Positions 1 through 6,000 of a stretch of 11,462 nucleotides of DNA are shown here, piece after piece. Source of the stretch: an uncultured Myxococcales bacterium (GTDB lineage Bacteria > Myxococcota > UBA4151); the NCBI GenBank assembly GCA_964013405.1, contig CAXGWI010000113.1, forward strand, positions 1 through 11,462. Direction: 5' to 3'. Made by a program: the position numbers and the translations under genes. Below the pieces are notes generated by a model. It did no database searches. It had not been told where the DNA came from and was given only the letters and a program-made list of their open reading frames with translations. Position 1 is the first letter of the stretch. Each line of letters opens with the position of its first letter.

Positions 1-2
1 CC

Positions 3-3000
3 CGCCAGGCCGGCAGGCCTTGCACCGCGGAGAACGCCGCACAGGTGTGCGTGAGCGAAGGCTCCGCTTGCGAGGCCTCGGAGGGGGAGGAGATCAGCCG
101 GTGCACGGGCGACACGATGGTCCGGTCTCTCTTCAACAACGAGGCAACGCCTCCGGGCGTGCATAGCCGGTCGTGGAACGGGCAAGATGACCAGGGCAAC
201 CGTCTCTCCGACGGCGTCTATCTCCTGTCATACTCGGCCCGCCGGGGCGAAGATCAGTCCACCGATTCGATCCTCGTCGGCGTCCTGAGTGAGGCGCCAG
301 CAGAAGTCCGAGGCATGGTCCGAGACCGGGATACGGACCGGGGTATTCCTGGCTCTGTGGTCGAATTGCGAACCCCTCGCGGCGGCCTTATTCAGAAGGG
401 TCAGGTCGGTCGTCGAGGGAACTACGTGCTGCCTCTGATTCGACCCGGCTCCTATCGCCTGACGGCCAATGTCCCAGGTTACGGTGATCCCGAAGGGGTC
501 GACTTGGAGTTGGGCTCCGGTGAACGACGGACCACGCACTTCTGGATGAGCGGCAACCAACCCCCGTCCTTCCGTCCCGTCGACCCCGTCGCTCCGATCG
601 CCGAGGGCAGCGACTTCGAACTCCACATCCAGGCGGTCGACCTCGACGGCGATCCCATCGCTTTAGAGGCTTCGGTCCCCCTCGGTGGCCGCTTCGATGA
701 TCTGGGCCAGGGTCATGGACGCTTCCGCTGGCAGGTCCCCTACAGTGATGATCATGAAGCCCGGCTCTTGGTCGAAGCAAGCGACGGCATGGGCCGCAGT
801 GAGTTACTGATCCGCCTGCCCATTGCCGAAAACAACCGCCCCCCCACCATCCACGGTCACCACCAGGCTGCCCTAAGCTTTGGGCAGCACATGAATCGCC
901 GCATTTGGGCCGTTGACCCAGACGGGGACAACGTCAGCCTGAGCATCGAAAACATGCCACAGGGCGCGAGCTTCGACGGCGAGCACTTCACCTGGACCGC
1001 GCCGAGAGGCTGGATGGGCCGCATCGATATGGAAGTGGTCGCAACCGATGACGGCGATCCCGCAGCCGAGGCCCGAGGCCCCTTCGTCGTAGCCGTGGGC
1101 CCACCCAATGGCCAACCGGTCCTAGAGCCGGTGCGCCAATTGCGAGTAACCGTGGGTCAGGGCTTTAATCACCAGTTCATCGCGGATGACCCGGACGGTG
1201 ACGCCCTTACCTTTGGGGCCAACGACCTCCCAGAGGGCCTCGCCATGTCTGCCGACGGGATCCTCCAGGGGCTCGTCTCCGCCGATCTTGCCGACAGCCA
1301 ACAGGTCATCACCGTCTGGGTTCGTGACAGCAGCGTGCCCGAGGGCAATGACCAAATGCAGGTCACGCTGTTGTTCATCGCAGCAGACCGGGAGCCCTAT
1401 CTCAACCTACCGGATGAATTGGTGGTGTCTCCGAACACCCTGTTCCGTCACCCCGTCGATTTCGGCGGTGGCCAGGACTTGAGTCTGCTGGTGCTCATGG
1501 GCCCGCCGGATCTGGCCTTGGACCCAAGTGGAACGACGCTGGTCTGGAGCGTGCCCCCCCAACTCGCCGATCGGACCGTCCTCGTTCTCGGCCTTCGGGG
1601 TGCCGAGCGACCGATCCGGGCGCAAACGGTTCTCGTGAAACAAGACAACGATCTACCACCGCGTATCGTCTTGCCTGCTGAAGTCACCATGGACGGTCTG
1701 CAGGTCATGCTCGATGCCTCCGAGAGCCACGACCCAGAAGGTGCCCCCTTGCTGTTTGAGTGGTTTCCCGAAGCCGGTGCGACAGTGGAAGACTCGACAG
1801 CGGACGGCAAAGCCCGATTCAAGTTCGAGGAGAATAAACGCTATAAGATCGTGCTGCGTCTAAGCGATGGTCGCCATACGGTCAGTCGAGATGTCCAAAT
1901 CCTTCCCGAGGCGATGGGCACTGGCAGCGTCCCCAGCCAGGGCTGCTTTGATGCGTCGGGCTCGGCCGGCTCCGGTTTGTTTATTCTGTTGGCCCTTCTG
2001 GCGCTGAGGCGCCGGCGGGCTGCCTGGGCTTCTGCAGCAGGACTCTTCCTCCTCGTCGGCTGTGGTAGTGGCTTGCCCCAGTTCGAGGCATCGGAGCTGC
2101 CCAAGCCAGCGAGCGTCCTGCCCGGTTTACTCAACGTCACGGCCCCCTCGCCCGATGGCCTGGTCCAAGTCAGCGGTGCACCCGGTGCCGCGGTGCCGAT
2201 GGCCGAAGTCACCGTGACCCCTGAGAACGGCGAACCCACTTCAACCACATCGAGCATGGATGGGAGCTTCGAAACCTACGTGACGGCGACAAATGCGCAG
2301 AACCTCGTGCTGTCACAGTCAATCGATGGTCGAACTTCGGATCCAATCACCGTGAGGGCTGGTGTTCGCCCCCCCACCGGCCGCGCTGAGCTGGCCCGCA
2401 ATGCCGCGGATGAAACGGTGCTCACCCTCAATACCGCGGCGACCGACGGTGCCGATGAAATCTGGATCCGCGACCCTTACGGAACTTGGTCAAAACTGCC
2501 CGAACCCGACGCAGCAGGGCGTTATGTCATCCCCACCGAAGTCGACCTCCCGCCGAATCCCGGCGACGCCTACGAGGTGAAACAGGTGGTCGAGGGCGTC
2601 AGTTCAAGCCCACGCCCCATCATGGTGAGCGAGCCCGCAGGCGATGCGGGCTTTTCAATGACTGCGAGCAGCGACCCCGAGGACCAGAGCCTCTACATCG
2701 CAGGCCCGGCCAACCCCGACCGCAGTCTGGCCTATGTTCTCGTCACCAACCTCGACGCTGCTGGCTTCCCCCAGCGCAGTGCTCGAGCAGAAGAAGACGG
2801 CGCCTTTGGTCCCGTCGTGATGCCGGGGCATCACGGGGACCGAATGGTCATCGAGATCATCGCAGAGACGGAAACACGGTACGAGCTCATGGGCCCCCTG
2901 GACCGGCGCCGCACCCGGGTCCGCTTTACAGATGTGGGCTCAGCTCAGGTCATCGGGAGTCCCGGCGCAGCCATGCCCGGGGCGACCGTTCAAGCGAGCG

Positions 3001-6000
3001 TCCCCCGACGCGGCCGCACCTTCACGACCACAGCCGATGCCCACGGTGCCTTCGAAATCGATTTGATCGTCGGCGCTGGGGAGACCATTTTATGCACCCA
3101 GAGTTCGGCGGACGAAGAGAGCACGTCGACCTATGAGTCCCCACCGATTCGACTGGTCGCGCCGCAAAGCAGCACGGGGGTCAACGGGGACCTGCTCCGG
3201 AGCAGTCCCGGAGACGATGGGAACATCCGGATCAGCGGGCTCACCGGCGCCACCACCGCAGGCCATGGGATCAGCCTGCGCCATGCTCCCAGCGGCTCGA
3301 CTTCCGCCGATGACCTCGTCGATGGAGGAGCAACCATCGCCAGCGACGACGGCAGCTTCGAGTTGAGCCTGCTCGCTGAAGAGGTTCGAGAGGGAGACGA
3401 ACTGCTCGTGATCCCGGAAGATGGGCCGCCAACGGTCTATCTCATCCCTTCCACGCCCATCGATGTGAACGTCGAGGGCGGCGAGCCAGGTGGCATCGCT
3501 CTTTCCGCCGCCCCAGGCGCTCGCTCAACCCAGACGTCGGTCTCCCTGGCGCCTGGGACGCTCCCCCCCGGGGCCACCTACACCATGGAGGTGGGCAAAG
3601 TCGGTCTCGACGATCGCTTCACGGCTGCCGGCTCCAGCCGAGGTGGCCTAGGTAGCGGCTCGGGGGGGCGCTGGGTGCTTACCGTCGGCCCCGACGGTGG
3701 CAGCGGTCAACGGCCTGTGGTCGTCGAGCCCGGTGAAGCGGTACGGATCCTCTGCGCATACGACGATGGGAGCCGTCAGGTCATTACGGAGGTCCTAGGC
3801 CTGCGGACGGACCAAATCGGGGTGAGTACCCCCGATGATGAAGGCCGTATCGATGTCTTCGCTCCCCCCGGTGCCGCACCGGTCGGTGCCACAATTCGCG
3901 TCCAAGTCGTCAATGGCGCTGCCGGTAGCATTCTCGTCGATTCCGACGGTGGCTTCGGACTCCGCGTCGCTGCCAGCGGCGGAGATGCTGTCCTGGTTCA
4001 AGTCGACCTCCCGGGCTGCGGCTGCAGTTCGTTGCCAACAACGGTGACTGTGCCCGGTGGTGACCGGCCGACCATGACCCTCCCCGTCCCCCCGGCGCAC
4101 CTGCTGGCGACCTGGCGTCGCCCGGGAGGCTACATCGTCTATGGTGCCCCGATGGCGACGGTCTCCGGTGCGACCGTCCTCTTGCGTAGTGCCAACGGGC
4201 AGGTCTTCACCGGACAAGCCAACAGTCGAGGTAGCTTCTTGATCGCTGCTGAGGGCGGCCCCAGCGACGAGGTTAGCCTCACAGCCCAGCGGGGACAGGC
4301 TCGGAGTGATGCAACCACTTTTTGCGTCCCAGAGGTGGCCCAAGACAGTGGCGTTGCCCTGACCCATTGTGCCGGCGAATGGCAACTCTCCGGGCGGGCC
4401 CGTCTCGGCGAGGCCGGAACGACCATGACTTGGACCCTTACATCCATGGATCCGCAACGGGCCATCGCCGCTCAGCTACTCCTCAACGGGGCCCCAGGTT
4501 TGGTGACGTGGAGAAGACGAGCGCAAGAGACCCTTGCGGTGACCCATGCGCCCCCCCTCACAACACTTTTTACAAGCCATAGCGAGCCCCTGGATTTGGG
4601 CCGAAGTGCCCGCATCGGCCGCCTTGGTGACCATCCCCTGCTCCTGCTCGACCACGCTGCAATCTCAGCAAACCGCCCGGAGAATACGCTGCAAATGGGG
4701 CGGGGCTTGGGTGCCCAGCGGCGTTGGCTGCAACCGACGATGCTAGAGGGTCAGGGCGGAAACGGTCTGGTCCTCGCCCTCGCACCGGATCTGGACGACC
4801 GACTGCTCTTTCGCACCGTCGGCCCGATCACCACCATGCCAAGCAGTTTGATCGAGGGCCGAGGCACGGCAGCCCCATTCCCCACCGAAGGTTGGGTTTT
4901 CACCTGGGAGCCCGGCGTCGACCGCATGGAGCTTTGGGGGGGGGCATTGGCTGAAGGGGATCTCATCATCGCCCACTATCCCGGCAGCGAACGCTTTGAC
5001 CTCTTCGTCAGTGAAATGGCCGAACACCCACCAGAGGAAGAGGGTGGAGAGCCAGGGGCCACCGAGCCTCGGATTCAGGTCGAGTTGCGATCCGAGTGGC
5101 TCGATGGGGATGAACCCGCGCCGGTGCACCTTGCCCTCGTCCGGGAGGGGCGGCTTTCCCAAGCCGTGGAACTCTGGCTCGATGACAATGACGATGTCCC
5201 CGTTGCCCAGGAGCTCGGCGAAGGTCGCAGTCGGTTTGGTGATGGCCCAAGGGATTCGGACCGGGACGGGATCCCAGACCTTGCGGATGTGGATTCGGAT
5301 AACGATGGCATCAACGACCGGGACGAGTACGGCCAGCCAGCAGAAGGCGAACCGATCCAGGACAGTGATGGCGATGGTACCCCGGATTACCTCGACGATG
5401 ACAGCGATGGCGATGGCATCCTCGATGTGGAGGAGGGGGCTGGCGATCGAGACAACGACGGCACCCCGGACCATCGGGACACGGACGCGGACAACGATGG
5501 GATCCCAGACCAGCAGGAGCGAGGTCCCGGTGAATTCGCCCGGGATCACGACCAAGACGGAATTCCCGACTTTCAAGACACCGACTCCGATGGGGACGGT
5601 GTCTCGGACCAAGTTGAAATCGGAGATGATCCGGCCCAGCCCGCAAGTCTCGGCGCCAACGGCCCGGACTACTTGAATCCCTGCTTCCCGCGGGCCCCGC
5701 TGCCGATGACCGTCGTTTCGCTCAGTGGTCTATCGGGCCAGCTCGCGCTGCCTGCCGGCTTTGGCGAAGACGCGACCCAGGCGGTCATGGCCACCGTGCC
5801 TGCTTTGGGCGATGAAGACTGTGCTCGACCCCAGCCAGGTGAGCCCGAGGGCACCCGCCCTGTTGGCTCACGGATCACAAGCCAGGACGGCATGCTTGCG
5901 GGGGCAGTCATTCGCCGGCACCGCCCCGAGTTTCTCGATGCCGAGCCGGGCTGGCGCCGGGCAGCGGCCCACCTCGAGGATGTGATCGGGCGCCTGCAAG

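Noticed and set aside
45..119. GTG at 45 or ATG at 117 as the true start of the giant ORF
   Set aside because: The frame is open to the window edge, neither start gives a signal peptide, and ATG 117 falls inside a FlgD-Ig-like domain. The gene is treated as 5'-truncated.
1977..2006. Independent in-frame internal start (TTG at 1977 or 1989) producing the lipoprotein half separately
   Set aside because: No Shine-Dalgarno-like sequence precedes these codons and there is no upstream stop. Not supportable from sequence, though ribosome profiling could still show it.
4014..4031. GCGCSS, resembling the head of a second MYXO-CTERM signal
   Set aside because: Not followed by a hydrophobic helix or Arg cluster (continues LPTTVTVPGG); it sits at the end of an Ig-like repeat.
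839..4557. Several C7/G7 runs (839, 1554, 2369, 3563, 3662, 4551) as phase-variable tracts
   Set aside because: Seven-base runs are short and explained by Pro-Pro/Gly-Gly codons in GC-rich DNA; only the G9 run was kept, as a low-confidence finding.
5253..5618. Periodic DNA (gac..gac..gacgg) as a CRISPR array or tandem DNA repeat
   Set aside because: The repeats are degenerate at third codon positions, in frame and explained by DxDxDG protein repeats; there is no identical repeat/unique spacer structure.
4743..5676. Alternative-frame ORFs 4743..5612 (-) and 4996..5676 (+)
   Set aside because: Their V/I-rich and T/M-rich periodicity is just the shadow of the Asp-rich TSP3 codons read in other frames.
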